Assembly: GCA_034520565.1 (NCBI GenBank)
Contig: JAXHNL010000002.1
Span: forward strand, 32,001-96,000
DNA: 64,000 nucleotides
Direction of reading: 5' to 3'
Origin: Halodesulfurarchaeum sp.
GTDB taxonomy: Archaea > Halobacteriota > Halobacteria > Halobacteriales > Halobacteriaceae
This document shows, in pieces, positions 42,781 to 53,370 of the stretch. Position numbers and translations under genes: made by a program. Every line of letters begins with the position of its first letter. The stretch's first letter is position 1. The notes under the pieces were generated by a model. The model ran no database searches, was not told the DNA's origin, and was given only the letters and a program-made list of their open reading frames with translations.

Positions 42781-43674
42781 TTACTGCCGTTTGACTTCGT
42801 GACGACCGAACCCGTACCGGAGCCGATTCGCGAGCTGCCGGGAGAGCCGCGGACCCGCCCGGGAGGAAAAGCGCTCCGCGAGGGCCTGGTAGATGAGCGG
42901 CAGGGGCACCTCCTGTTCGAGACTCTCCTGGACCGTCCAGGTGCCGGTCGAACCGCCGGCGACGTAATCGGCGACGTCACCGAGATCCGAGCCCTCCTCG
43001 CGGAAGGACTCCTCGGCGAGTTCCAGGAGCCACGACCGGACGACCGCGCCGTTCGTCCAGGTCCGGGCGATGGCCTCCAGATCGAAGTCATAGCGACCCT
43101 CCGCGAGCAGCTCGAAGCCCTCGCCGTAGGCCTGCATGAGCGCGTACTCGATGCCGTTGTGGACCATCTTCACGTAGTGGCCCGCCCCGGATGGACCCAT
43201 GCGCTCGTGGCCCTCGCGACCGGTCGCGACCGCGTCGAAGACCGGTTCGAGTGAGTCGTAGGCCTCCTGCGGACCGCCGACCATGAGCGAGAAGCCGACT
43301 TCGGCCCCCGCCGGGCCGCCGCTCGTCCCACAGTCCAGATACTGTGCGTCGATCCGCTCGGCCCGCCGGATCGAGTCGTGGAAATTGGAGTTGCCCCCGT
43401 CCACGACGACGTCCGCCTCGTCGAGCAGCGGGTCGAGTTCGTCGAGTGTGGCGTCGACCGGATCCCCGGCCGGAACCATCAGCCAGATGTGCCGGGGCGA
43501 GTCGAGCACCTTCGGGATCGCCTGGACCGATTCGACGACCTCCGCGCCCGCGTTCGCGGCGTCTGCCCTGGCCCCCTCGTCGATGTCGAAGGCGACGACG
43601 TCGTGCCCGTCCGCGAGTACCCGATCCACCACGATTTGTCCCATCCGTCCGAGTCCGATGACGCCCAGTTCCAT
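42781..43674 (-). CDS. gnd: 6-phosphogluconate dehydrogenase (decarboxylating, short form)
   Basis: GLGRMG, WLMVPAG, DGGNS, DCGTSGG, GHYVKMVHNGIEY, LRYGFGRH. Confidence 0.93.
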   Translation of the reverse strand: MELGVIGLGRMGQIVVDRVLADGHDVVAFDIDEGARADAANAGAEVVESVQAIPKVLDSPRHIWLMVPAGDPVDATLDELDPLLDEADVVVDGGNSNFHDSIRRAERIDAQYLDCGTSGGPAGAEVGFSLMVGGPQEAYDSLEPVFDAVATGREGHERMGPSGAGHYVKMVHNGIEYALMQAYGEGFELLAEGRYDFDLEAIARTWTNGAVVRSWLLELAEESFREEGSDLGDVADYVAGGSTGTWTVQESLEQEVPLPLIYQALAERFSSRAGPRLSRQLANRLRYGFGRHEVKRQ

Positions 43675-43748
43675 GTCACATCTCTCTCACGGAGCGACCG
43701 TTATGGTTGCGATTCGACCATTCGACTCCCCGCGGTGTTTCGGAGCCC

Positions 43749-44606
43749 TCACTCGGCCTGGAGATCGGAACGGTGATCCTCGAAGAATTCGCGGACGGTT
43801 CGTGGTTCCCGACCGAGGATGTGCTGGACCGTGTCGGTCGTCCGCGACGCCCACCCCAAACGCGTGACCGAATATTCGGCGATCATGAACGCGATCAGCG
43901 TGGGTGCAACCCCCCGGGCGTACATCCGGCGGGCGAATCGAACTCCGGAGGGGTCGGCATACCGAATCTCCCGCTCGAGGACGTCACTCGCCACGCGTGC
44001 CACCTCGAAAAAGGAAACCGGCTCCGGGCCCGTGAGCGTGTAGGCCCGGTTCCGGTGTTCCGGTTCCACGAGGGCCGTCGCCGCGACCTGCCCGACGTCC
44101 CGAGCGTCGATGATGCCCATGGCGCCGTCCCCGGCGGGGACGAAGATCTCGTCGCGGTCGACGATTTCGGGTCGATGAATCTCGAGGAGGTTCTGAGCGA
44201 AGTAGGCCGCACGGAGATGCGTGAAATGGACGGATGTGGCAGCAAGGTGCCGTTCGATCCGCCGATGTGGCAGCACCGGAACCGCCTCGGCACCCAGGAC
44301 CGAAAGAAACACGACGTGTTCGACGCCGACGCGTGCGGTCGCGTCAACGAATTCACGAATCGGATCCACGCCCGTACCAGGGGGCAGCAGCAAGAAGACT
44401 GCATCCACACCGCCGAGGCTAGAGCCCCAGGTTTCCGGCCTGGAAAAGGAGAACTCGACGGCCTCCACGTCGGCGGCGAACTCCTCCCCCGCCTCCTCGG
44501 GGCGTCGAGACGCGATCCTGACGGTCGCGGTCTCGGCTTCGAGGGCGTGAACCACCGTGGATCCGACGGTTCCAGTCGCGCCGGTCACGAGGACTCGTCC
44601 GGTCAT
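43749..44606 (-). CDS. NmrA-like NAD(P)-binding protein
   Basis: LVTGATGTVG, IDARDVG, YTLTGPE. Confidence 0.85.
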   Translation of the reverse strand: MTGRVLVTGATGTVGSTVVHALEAETATVRIASRRPEEAGEEFAADVEAVEFSFSRPETWGSSLGGVDAVFLLLPPGTGVDPIREFVDATARVGVEHVVFLSVLGAEAVPVLPHRRIERHLAATSVHFTHLRAAYFAQNLLEIHRPEIVDRDEIFVPAGDGAMGIIDARDVGQVAATALVEPEHRNRAYTLTGPEPVSFFEVARVASDVLEREIRYADPSGVRFARRMYARGVAPTLIAFMIAEYSVTRLGWASRTTDTVQHILGREPRTVREFFEDHRSDLQAE

Positions 44607-44691
44607 TGATCGAACGACGTGGGGAAATGCCCTAAGCCCGACGGATTTCACGCCAGGGTCTCTCCCGGTTCCGACCGAAGCCCGGTGGATC

Positions 44692-45522
44692 TCACTCCAG
44701 GGCCCGACGTGGTTCGATCCGTGGCACGTCCCCGTTACTCACCTTCGCTTCCACGTCGAAAACCTCAGCGAGCAACGCCTCGTCGACCACCGCCGAGGGT
44801 GGCCCCCAGTCGTACACCTGCCCGTCCTGAAGGGCGACCACGTAGTCGGCGAAGCGAGCGGCCTGCTGGAGGTCGTGCAGGACGACACACACGGTCACCT
44901 CACGGTCCCGGTTGAGCTGTCGAACGACCTCGAGAACCCGGATCTGGTGGTGGAGATCGAGGTACGTCGTCGGCTCGTCGAGGAGGAGGACCTCGGTCTC
45001 CTGGGCCAGGACCATCGCGACGAACGCGAGTTGCTTCTGGCCCCCGCTCAACTCGGCGACCGGTTCCTCGCGGAGATGCTCGACGCCGGCGAGCTCGATG
45101 GCCCGGTCGATGGCCCGCCGGTCGGCCGCCTCGAGAGTCGAGAGGAAGCGCCGATGGGGATAGCGGCCGTGGGTGACAAGCGATTCGACGGTCAGATCCC
45201 CCGGGGCGGTGTTCTCCTGATCGAGCAGTCCCAGCTCCCTGGCGAGCGCCTTCGGCGAGCGTTCCTGCACGGCGCGTCCATGCAGCAGGACGCTCCCCGC
45301 CTCGGGTTCGAGTTCGGCGGAGAACCCACGCAGGAGCGTCGACTTCCCGGAGCCGTTCGGTCCGACAAGCGCGGTGACCTCGCCGCGGGGAACGACCAGG
45401 CGGTCCAGGTCGACGACGATCTCCTCGCCGTACCCGAGTTGCAGGTCCGAGACCCGGATCGCCGGCTTCTCGATCGATTCGGTTCCGAGCGCCGCCGTCC
45501 GTGTAGGTTGGTGTCGTGACAT
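44692..45522 (-). CDS. Iron-siderophore/cobalamin ABC transporter ATPase (FecE-like)
   Basis: GPNGSGKST, LSGGQKQ, LLLDEPTTYLD, VLHDL. Confidence 0.92.
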   Translation of the reverse strand: MSRHQPTRTAALGTESIEKPAIRVSDLQLGYGEEIVVDLDRLVVPRGEVTALVGPNGSGKSTLLRGFSAELEPEAGSVLLHGRAVQERSPKALARELGLLDQENTAPGDLTVESLVTHGRYPHRRFLSTLEAADRRAIDRAIELAGVEHLREEPVAELSGGQKQLAFVAMVLAQETEVLLLDEPTTYLDLHHQIRVLEVVRQLNRDREVTVCVVLHDLQQAARFADYVVALQDGQVYDWGPPSAVVDEALLAEVFDVEAKVSNGDVPRIEPRRALE

Positions 45523-45524
45523 GA

Positions 45525-46640
45525 TCAGAACTCCGAGAGCGAGTCGGTCCGGCGGAGCAGGTAGAGGAAGTAGGGCCCGCCGATGAGGCCGGTGACGACC
45601 CCGACGGGCACCTGGGTCCCGGGGATCCCGAGCCGGGCCACCGCGTCCGCCGTGACCACGAGGGCGGGGCCGGCAAAGAGACAGCCCGAGATCAGGCGCC
45701 GGTAATCGCTGCCGACGAAGGTCCGCACGACGTGTGGGACGACCAGGCCGACGAAGCCCACGAGTCCCGCGACGGCTACCGACACCGCCGCGGCGACGAT
45801 GGCGAGCGCGGAGAGGACGAATCGCGCCCGTTCGACGGACATGCCCAGCGACCGGGCCGTCCGCTCCCCGAGCAGGAGCACGTCGAGGTGGCGGGCCGAG
45901 AGGAGCGCGAGCGGCGCGATGAGCAGTGACGGGACGACGACGATTCGACCGGCCCCCCATCCCACCCCGACGAGCGAGCCGGCGAGCCACGAGACGGCAG
46001 TGCGCATCGCCCCGTTGCTGTCGATGAAGTAGAAAAGCCCCGTCTGGAGGCTGTTGAAGATCGTGGCGACGACGATGCCGGCGAGGATCAGGCGGACGGG
46101 CGTGGTCCCGCCTCGCCAGGCGACGAGGTAGACGAGCAGGAACGCACCGGAGCCCCCGATCACCGCCGCGATCGGAAGGAGGGCGGCCCCGAGCGAAAAG
46201 ACGATCGTGAACACCACGGCGACCCCCGCGCCGGCGGAGACGCCCAGCACGTACGGACTGGCGAGTTCGTTGCGGGTAATCGCCTGGAAGATGGCCCCCG
46301 AAATGGCGAGGTTGAGCCCGACGAACGCCCCCACGACCACCCGGGGCATCCGGATCGTCCAGACGACGATCGTGGCGTTCGAGAGGTCGGCGAGATCGGC
46401 AGCGAGTCCCACCCGACCGGCGAGTGAGTCCCCGAGGACGATCGTCGCGAGCACGCGGGATCGTGTCCAGACGGCCTCATCGAAGAGGGCCCGCACGGTC
46501 GTCTCGAAGCTCATCTCGAAGGCGCCGTATCGCAACTGGACCAGTCCCGCCCCGACCACGAGGAGGACACTCGCGACGGCGATCCCGAGAACGGTGCCGT
46601 CGAAATCCGGGGTGACGGCGGTTCGGACGCGGTGGGACAT
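45525..46640 (-). CDS. FecCD-family ABC permease
   Basis: IRMPRV, TRNELASPYVLGVSAGA, ARSLG, GFVGLVVPH, PVGVVTGLIGGPYF. Confidence 0.92.
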   Translation of the reverse strand: MSHRVRTAVTPDFDGTVLGIAVASVLLVVGAGLVQLRYGAFEMSFETTVRALFDEAVWTRSRVLATIVLGDSLAGRVGLAADLADLSNATIVVWTIRMPRVVVGAFVGLNLAISGAIFQAITRNELASPYVLGVSAGAGVAVVFTIVFSLGAALLPIAAVIGGSGAFLLVYLVAWRGGTTPVRLILAGIVVATIFNSLQTGLFYFIDSNGAMRTAVSWLAGSLVGVGWGAGRIVVVPSLLIAPLALLSARHLDVLLLGERTARSLGMSVERARFVLSALAIVAAAVSVAVAGLVGFVGLVVPHVVRTFVGSDYRRLISGCLFAGPALVVTADAVARLGIPGTQVPVGVVTGLIGGPYFLYLLRRTDSLSEF

Positions 46641-46677
46641 GAGGTGGGTGGAGCGGTTCAGTTGGGGTGCCGATCGA

Positions 46678-47805
46678 TCAGTTCGTGATGATGCCGGAAA
46701 GTTCGTCCCGGTCGAAAAGCGGGGTGTCGACCCGCTCCGGGTACAGCTGGGTGGCAAACCGTTCGAGGAGGTAGAGGTGCTGGATCGGCCCGAGGTAGAT
46801 CGGACCGCCCCGGTAGACCGCTCCTTCCTCGACGGCGGTGATCCGACTGGCCGTCTCGTGCTCCTGCATAAACGCGAGGACACTCTCCTCGAACTCGCTC
46901 TGGGTCTTTGCCTCGTGGCCCCGCACGAAGAGCACCTCGGGGTCCACCTCGAGGAGGGTCTCGTAGTCGATCTCTGCGCGAGTCCCCGTGCTGAGACCCT
47001 CCACGCCGGAGTCCGCAAAGGCATCCTGGACGTTGAGATCGTGGAAGGCCTTCTTGTTCGCGCCCTGGCCGTCGAGCCGGTAGGGCGAGAAAGCGGTCGG
47101 CTCGTCGCTCCCGCCCCAGACGAGAGCGGCCTGGGGACCCGCCGCCGGGATCTCCTCGGCGACCGAATCGACGACGTCGTCGTGGAACCCTTCGAACGCC
47201 TCGTAGCGTTCGGTCTCCTGGAAGACGAAAGCGACCTTCTCGAAGGCCTCGTACATCGTGAGATACTCGTAATCGTGCCACTCGTCGGTCCGCCGGAAGA
47301 TCGTGTTGCCGAAGAATGGGCCGACCCGTTCCTCGATCTGCTCGACATCGTCCTCGTCCATCCCGTCGAAGACGTTGATCAGCCAGTTCGGATCCATGAG
47401 ATGGACGTCGGCGTCGATCGAGAGGAACGTCTCCCGTGAGACCCCCTGCTGGACCAGATCGGCGATCTCGTCGGTCTCGACTTCGACGCCCAGTTCCTCG
47501 TAGCCGGTAGTGTGAAAGCGGCTCACCTGGCCCACCGAGGCGATCGCGTCACCGTGACCGAGCGCCACGAGCATATCGGCGTAGCCGGAGCAATAGACTG
47601 CCGCCCGCTGGGGAACGGCGTCGAAGGTGACCTCCCCGACGGGCGGCATCGACACCGAATATGCGGTGGAGTCGGACTCGGTCGTGGTCCCATTTTCATC
47701 CGCTGTCGTCCCGGTCTCGCTGTCCTCGTCCGGACTCGCACAGCCAGCCAGCACTCCGGTTATCGCTGTCGCGGCGCCAGTCTGCAGGAATCGGCGACGG
47801 TGCAT
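46678..47805 (-). CDS. Iron-siderophore-type ABC substrate-binding lipoprotein
   Basis: Tat RRRFL and LAGC; MPPVGEVTFDAVP, IDYETLLEVDPEV, GGPIYLGPI. Confidence 0.88.
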   Translation of the reverse strand: MHRRRFLQTGAATAITGVLAGCASPDEDSETGTTADENGTTTESDSTAYSVSMPPVGEVTFDAVPQRAAVYCSGYADMLVALGHGDAIASVGQVSRFHTTGYEELGVEVETDEIADLVQQGVSRETFLSIDADVHLMDPNWLINVFDGMDEDDVEQIEERVGPFFGNTIFRRTDEWHDYEYLTMYEAFEKVAFVFQETERYEAFEGFHDDVVDSVAEEIPAAGPQAALVWGGSDEPTAFSPYRLDGQGANKKAFHDLNVQDAFADSGVEGLSTGTRAEIDYETLLEVDPEVLFVRGHEAKTQSEFEESVLAFMQEHETASRITAVEEGAVYRGGPIYLGPIQHLYLLERFATQLYPERVDTPLFDRDELSGIITN

Positions 47806-47811
47806 GGCTAG

Positions 47812-47829
47812 AATTAGGCACCCCTAATT
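47812..47829. promoter_or_regulatory. Putative DtxR/Idr-family iron operator
   Basis: Perfect inverted repeat AATTAGG-CACC-CCTAATT a few bp upstream of the binding-protein start; weaker box at ~47847-47866. Confidence 0.6.
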
Positions 47830-47939
47830 TAGAAAAGATTTCCGGTTTTTTCGGCTCGGCTAAAAAACGTGCGGGCGATTCGCGTGGGAGACGTGGTGGA
47901 GAGCAATCTTTATCAACCGAGACACACCTCCACCCCAGT

Positions 47940-47969
47940 ATGCGCGTCGTCGCGGTAGTACGTGAGTAG
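47940..47969 (+). CDS. Putative Val-rich leader peptide MRVVAVVRE upstream of valS
   Basis: ATG CGC GTC GTC GCG GTA GTA CGT GAG TAG; TATA-like TTTATC at 47909-47914, about 28 bp upstream of the ATG. Confidence 0.6.
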   Translation: MRVVAVVRE

Positions 47970-48038
47970 ACTCGCGGGCAGAACTGCACGCGCTTCTCGT
48001 GTGGTTTGGTTCGAAAAGCGACGACTCCATGAGTACTC

Positions 48039-50664
48039 ATGACACAGGACATTCCCGAGAACTACGAGCCCGAGCGGATCGAATCCGAGTGGGAGCACTA
48101 CTGGCTCGAGGAGTCGGTGTACGCCTACGAGGACACCGGCGCCACCGACTACGTGATCGACACCCCGCCACCGTACCCGACCGGCAACCTCCACATCGGG
48201 AACGCGCTTGGCTGGTGCTACATGGACTTCCTCGCCCGGTATCGCCGGATGCAGGGCGGCGACGTTCTCTTCCCGCAAGGCTGGGACTGTCACGGCCTCC
48301 CGACCGAGGTGAAAGTCGAGGAGAACCAGGACATCCACCGAACCGACGTCCCCCGCGAGGAGTTCCGCCAGATGTGCGTCGATCACACGGAGACCCAGAT
48401 CGACGCCATGCGGACCCAGATGCGCCGGCTCGGCTTCTCCCAGGACTGGGATCAGGAGTTCCGCACGATGGACCCGAGCTACTGGGGGAAGACCCAGCGC
48501 TCCTTCGTCGAGATGGCCGAAAAGGACTACGTCTACCGGGACGAGCATCCGGTCAACTGGTGTCCCCGCTGCCAGACCGCGATCGCGGACGCCGAGGTCG
48601 AAACCGAGGACCGGGACGGCACGCTCTACACCATCACGTTCCCCGGGATCGACAACGACGAGATCGAGATCGCGACGACCCGACCGGAGCTGCTCGCGGC
48701 CTGCGGGAGCGGTGGCAGTCCACCCGGAGGACGAGCGCTACGCGGACCGCATCGGGGACACCTTCGAGGTGCCGCCGGTCGGCCAGGAAGTCGAATGCAT
48801 CGCCGACGAGGAAGTCGACCCCGACTTCGGGACGGGCGCCGTGATGATCTCCACCTTCGGGGACAAACAGGACGTTGACTGGTGGGCCGAATACGACCTC
48901 GACCTCCGCGCCGTGCTTACCGAGGACGGCCACCTGAACGACCTCGCCGGGGAGTACGAGGGGCTATCCATCGAGGCCGCAAAGGAGCAGATCCCTGCCG
49001 ACCTCGACGAGGCGGGGCTGCTCGTGGACAGCGAACCGGTCGAACAAAGCGTCGGGGTCTGCTGGCGGTGTGACACCCCGATCGAGATCCTCTCGAAGGA
49101 CCAGTGGTTCGTCGAAGTTCGGCAGGAGGAGATCCTCGAAAAGGCCCAGGAAGTCGAGTGGATTCCCGAGCACATGTACGCCCGCCTCGAGGAGTGGACC
49201 GAGGGCATGAGCTGGGACTGGGTCATCTCCCGCCAGCGCGTGTTCGCGACCCCGATCCCCGCGTGGCAGTGTGCGGACTGTGGCCACTGGGAGATCGCCG
49301 ACGTCGAGGAGTTGCCGGTCGAACCGACCGAAAGCGAACCGGCCGTCGGGGAGTGTCCCGAGTGCGGGGCGAGCGAGTGGACCGGCGAGACCGACGTGAT
49401 GGACACCTGGATGGACTCCTCCATTTCGGCGATGCACGTCGGCGGCTGGCCGGCAGAGCCCTTCGAGCCCGTGGCGCTCCGCGAGCAGGGCCACGACATC
49501 ATCCGCACCTGGGCGTTCTACACCCTCCTTCGGACCGCGGCGCTCGAGGAGGAGAAACCGTGGGACACCGCACTGATCAACGGGATGGTGTTCGGCCCCG
49601 ACGGGAACAAGATGTCCAAATCACGGGGGAACGTCGTCTCGCCGGACGAGGTGCTCGAGGAGGAGAGCGCCGACGCCTTCCGCCAGGCGATGGCCGTCGG
49701 CGGACAGCCGGGGGCCGACGTCCAGTTCCAGTGGAAGGAGGTCACCGCGGCCTCGCGGTTCCTGACAAAGCTCTGGAACGTCTTCCGCTTCGCCAGCGGG
49801 CACCTCGATGCGGACACGCCCGACATCAACGCGCCGGCCTATCGGGACACCGATCGCTGGATCCTCGACCGGCTCGCTGGCGTCACCGAGGAGATGACCG
49901 ACGCGATGGACGAGAACCGCTTCGACACCGCCGTCCGGGCCCTCCGCGAGTTCGTCTGGGAGGACCTCGCCGACGACTACGTCGAACTCGTGAAGGGTCG
50001 GCTCTACAACGGCCGGCCGGGCGAGCGCGACGCCGCCCGGGCGGCCCTGTACGAAACCCTCTCGGCAGTCGTCCGACTGCTCGCCCCGTTCAGCCCCTTC
50101 GTCGCCGAAGAGATCTGGCATCACCTGCCGGGGACCGAGGGAAGCGTCCATCTGGCCGACTGGCCCGATACGGAGACCCCAGACGGGGACTCGACCGTCG
50201 GCGAGGACATCGCCGAGTCCGCCCGGACGGTCCGGGCCTGGAAGTCCGAGCAGGGGATCGCCCTGAACGCCGACCTCGAGCGGGTCGAGCTGTACTTCGA
50301 GGAGGAACCACAGCACGGCGTCGACACCTACGACCTGAGCGAGACGGTTGGGGCCCCGATCCGCACGTCCATCGGGCGACCGGACCTCGAAGCGGTCGCC
50401 ACGGACGTCGATCCGGACGAGGCCCAGATCGGCCCGACCTTCCGGGACGAGGCGGGCGCGATCATGACCGCTCTCGAAGACGCCGATCCGGACACGGTCA
50501 AAGCCCAGCTCGACTCGGGCGGGCCCGTCGAGGTGTCAGTCGACGGCTCGACCGTCGAGATCGATTCGGAGATGGTCGCCGTGGCCACAGAGTACCGGAC
50601 CGAAGCGGGCGAGGAGGTCGCCGTCCTCGAGGTCCCCTTCGGCACGATCGTCGTGGTTCCCTGA
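48039..50664 (+). CDS. valS: Valine--tRNA ligase; single extra G near 48705
   Basis: [15 protein letters not shown] (HIGH), [31 protein letters not shown]; removing one G in TGCGGGAGCG joins the two ORFs. Confidence 0.96.
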
Positions 50665-50693
50665 AAAGACCCGCCGAGCCCAAAAAGGCCCTA

Positions 50694-51590
50694 TCAGTGC
50701 AGGCCGACTTTTGCGAGGAGCCACTGTCGCTGATCACGGGAGGTCTGGACGAGCGTCACCCCGCCCAGAATCAGGACCGCGCCGATGATGGTCCGAAGCG
50801 TGAGCGTCTCGTCGAGAATCGTCACCCCAAGAATCACCGTCCAGACCGGCTCGGCCGTGCCCAGAATGCTCGCATGCGTGGCCTCGATCCGTTCGAGCCC
50901 CTCGTAGAGTAACAGAAGCGGGATCCCGGTACCCAGGACGCCGATACCGAGGATGATCCCCCAGTGAGTCGGTGTCTGGGGCGGGGTGAAACCCTCCATG
51001 CCCCAGCGGACGCCGATGGTCAGTGCCGTGACCACGAGCACGTGGGCGGTGAGGTGTGTGGGATCCGTGTCCGCCGTGAGGATGCGACCGGCGACGTTGT
51101 AAATACCGTACCCCGCAGCAGCAGCGGTGACGAGTACGATGCCCAGTAACGACACCTGACTCGCGTCGATCCCGATGACCATCACCACCCCCGCGAGCGC
51201 GAGACCCAGTGCGGAAAGCGAAACCCGACTCAACTGCTCGTCCAGGATCGGGACCGACAGCCCGAAGACGAAGATCGGGTACGTGTAGAAGACGATCGCC
51301 GTGAGGCTGGCGGTCATATAGGAGAGCCCGCGGAAATAGGCCAACGTGAGCAGTCCGTAGAGCACCCCGAGAAACACCGTCGCGTAGAGCGGGCGTCCCG
51401 AAAGGATCGTCAGGTCGTTTCGGGCGAGTAACACGCCCCAGACGATCAACGCCCCGAGCGAGAACCGGAAGAAGAGGAGTGTCGGGCGACTCAAATCCGC
51501 CGCCTCCGCGAACTTCCCGAAGATGGCGAGTGTCCCCAATCCCGTCGCGGCGACGAGGACCATCAGGCCGCCCAGTGTCACCTCGCGCAT
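50694..51590 (-). CDS. EamA/DMT family transporter
   Basis: About ten TM helices in two EamA repeats; FYTYPIFV, AEPVWTVILG..ILDE. Confidence 0.9.
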   Translation of the reverse strand: MREVTLGGLMVLVAATGLGTLAIFGKFAEAADLSRPTLLFFRFSLGALIVWGVLLARNDLTILSGRPLYATVFLGVLYGLLTLAYFRGLSYMTASLTAIVFYTYPIFVFGLSVPILDEQLSRVSLSALGLALAGVVMVIGIDASQVSLLGIVLVTAAAAGYGIYNVAGRILTADTDPTHLTAHVLVVTALTIGVRWGMEGFTPPQTPTHWGIILGIGVLGTGIPLLLLYEGLERIEATHASILGTAEPVWTVILGVTILDETLTLRTIIGAVLILGGVTLVQTSRDQRQWLLAKVGLH

Positions 51591-51672
51591 TCACCTGTTC
51601 TTGCTGAGGCGACGCCTTAGACGTGACCATTCCGCGGTGGGCGGGACAGAATCGTCGAGTCGACCGGGCAGA

Positions 51673-52572
51673 TCAGGAGTAATCGACGTAGGTCGCCCCG
51701 CGAAGCTCCTCGAGGAGGTTGATCGCGGCGTCGGCCCCTTCGCCCACGGAGGAGGCGACTTGCCGGTTGCCGCCGATGCAGTCCCCGGCCGCATAGACCT
51801 TCTCCATCCCCGCGTTGAGCTCCTCGTCGACGTCGATGTAGTTCCCGTCTGTGGGGAGCCCGAGCATCTCGGCGAGGTCCTGGCCGCCGGCCTGTCCCAC
51901 GGCGACGAACAGCCCGTCGAGGGCGACCTCGCTGCCGTCATCGAAGACGGCGCGTTCGAGCTCGCCGCTCCCCTCGACCCGGTCGATCGGATCGGTGACG
52001 ATCGGGATGCCCTCGCGCTCGAGCCGCTCCTGAAGCTGCTCGTCCATCGTCACCTCGTCGCCGTTGGTGTAGAGGGTCACATCGTCCGTGTAATCGAGCA
52101 GGAGCAGGGCCTCCTTGCCGGCGTAATTTTCCGCGCCGACGACGCCCACGGTCCGGTCCTGGAAGAAGAAGGCATCACACTCCACACAGTGGGAGACTCC
52201 CTCGTTTTCGAACGCCTCGATGTTCCCGATTCCGGGGGTCTTGTACGAGCCGCCGGTGGCGATGATGAGTCCCTCGGCGGTGCACTCGCCGCTCTCCGTT
52301 TCGACACTGTAGCGCATGCCGTCCTGCCCGACGCGGATGACCTCCTCTTCGAGGAACTCCGCACCGAACCGCGCTGCGTGCTCGTGCCCGAGTTCGACGA
52401 GTTCCGGGCCAGTCGTTCCGTGGGGAAAACCGTAGAAGTTCTCGATCGTCTCCACGTCGCGGGTGGTGCCCCCGCCCTTGTCGAAGACCAGGGTCTCCTG
52501 GCCCGCGCGGGCGGCGTAGATCGCCACGCTCGCCCCAGCGGGACCACCGCCAATGATAATAACGCCTGTCAT
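51673..52572 (-). CDS. Thioredoxin reductase-like FAD/NAD(P) oxidoreductase
   Basis: IGGGPAG, IIATG, GVSHCVECD (CxxC), YAAGD. Confidence 0.88.
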   Translation of the reverse strand: MTGVIIIGGGPAGASVAIYAARAGQETLVFDKGGGTTRDVETIENFYGFPHGTTGPELVELGHEHAARFGAEFLEEEVIRVGQDGMRYSVETESGECTAEGLIIATGGSYKTPGIGNIEAFENEGVSHCVECDAFFFQDRTVGVVGAENYAGKEALLLLDYTDDVTLYTNGDEVTMDEQLQERLEREGIPIVTDPIDRVEGSGELERAVFDDGSEVALDGLFVAVGQAGGQDLAEMLGLPTDGNYIDVDEELNAGMEKVYAAGDCIGGNRQVASSVGEGADAAINLLEELRGATYVDYS

Positions 52573-52803
52573 GTGCGATTCACTCAATACTGAATCGTTT
52601 TTAATCTGACGAAAGAAAAGAAGGGCTTCAATACTGTCGATGAATCGGGTTTCGACCGCCCTCGAACCAGATAACACGATTGAGGGCTCGACAGTTCTGC
52701 AAATAGTCCACAACTTTGCACGGCGTGGCTCTCGTTTTCCAGTGGGTCAAACGAGCGTCGAAGCCAAGCCAGTGACTAAGAAACCACGGGACCCAGCAAC
52801 CAC

Positions 52804-53370
52804 ATGAATCGCAGACGATTCGTCCAGGGACTCGCCGTCACCGGCGCCGCTGCACTGGCGGGGTGTTCTGCCCCGGTCGGAACCGAGCAGCTGGGAAACC
52901 CTGAGGTGAGCGAGGAGGATTCGGAAACCCACCTCACCTATCGTGACGGGAGCGATCGAGTGGCGACCACGTCCCTCCAGTACGGACCCATCGGTGTTGG
53001 CGATCCGATCCCGGTGCGACTCTCTGTGTGGCACCAGCGGGAAACCACGCTCACCGACCTGACTGTCACGTTCCGGAACCGCGATCCGACCGCAGTTCGG
53101 CCGTCGGTCTATGTCGGCGGGTTTTCCGGCTCGTTTCCCGCCATCTCCTACGGGATCGATCCGGACACCGACGGTCGGGTTCTCGAAATCCCGAACCTCA
53201 GCCGGGTCGGTGACGGCACGGTAACCCTGGACTGTTACGTGCGCGGGTTCGGCAACTGGCCACTCGATCTGGCCGTCGACGTGGCGTACGGCATCGACGC
53301 GGGGCTGACGAAGCGTTACCAGGTCGACGGAACGGTGGACCTCGAGATTCGGGATCCAAACTCGGACTGA
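52804..53370 (+). CDS. Tat-exported lipoprotein, hypothetical
   Basis: MNRRRFV...LAGC; beta-rich mature domain. Confidence 0.75.
   Translation: MNRRRFVQGLAVTGAAALAGCSAPVGTEQLGNPEVSEEDSETHLTYRDGSDRVATTSLQYGPIGVGDPIPVRLSVWHQRETTLTDLTVTFRNRDPTAVRPSVYVGGFSGSFPAISYGIDPDTDGRVLEIPNLSRVGDGTVTLDCYVRGFGNWPLDLAVDVAYGIDAGLTKRYQVDGTVDLEIRDPNSD

Noticed and set aside
48690-48720. Programmed frameshift in valS
   Set aside because: No slippery heptamer; one extra G in a short G run, with many similar indels elsewhere in the window.
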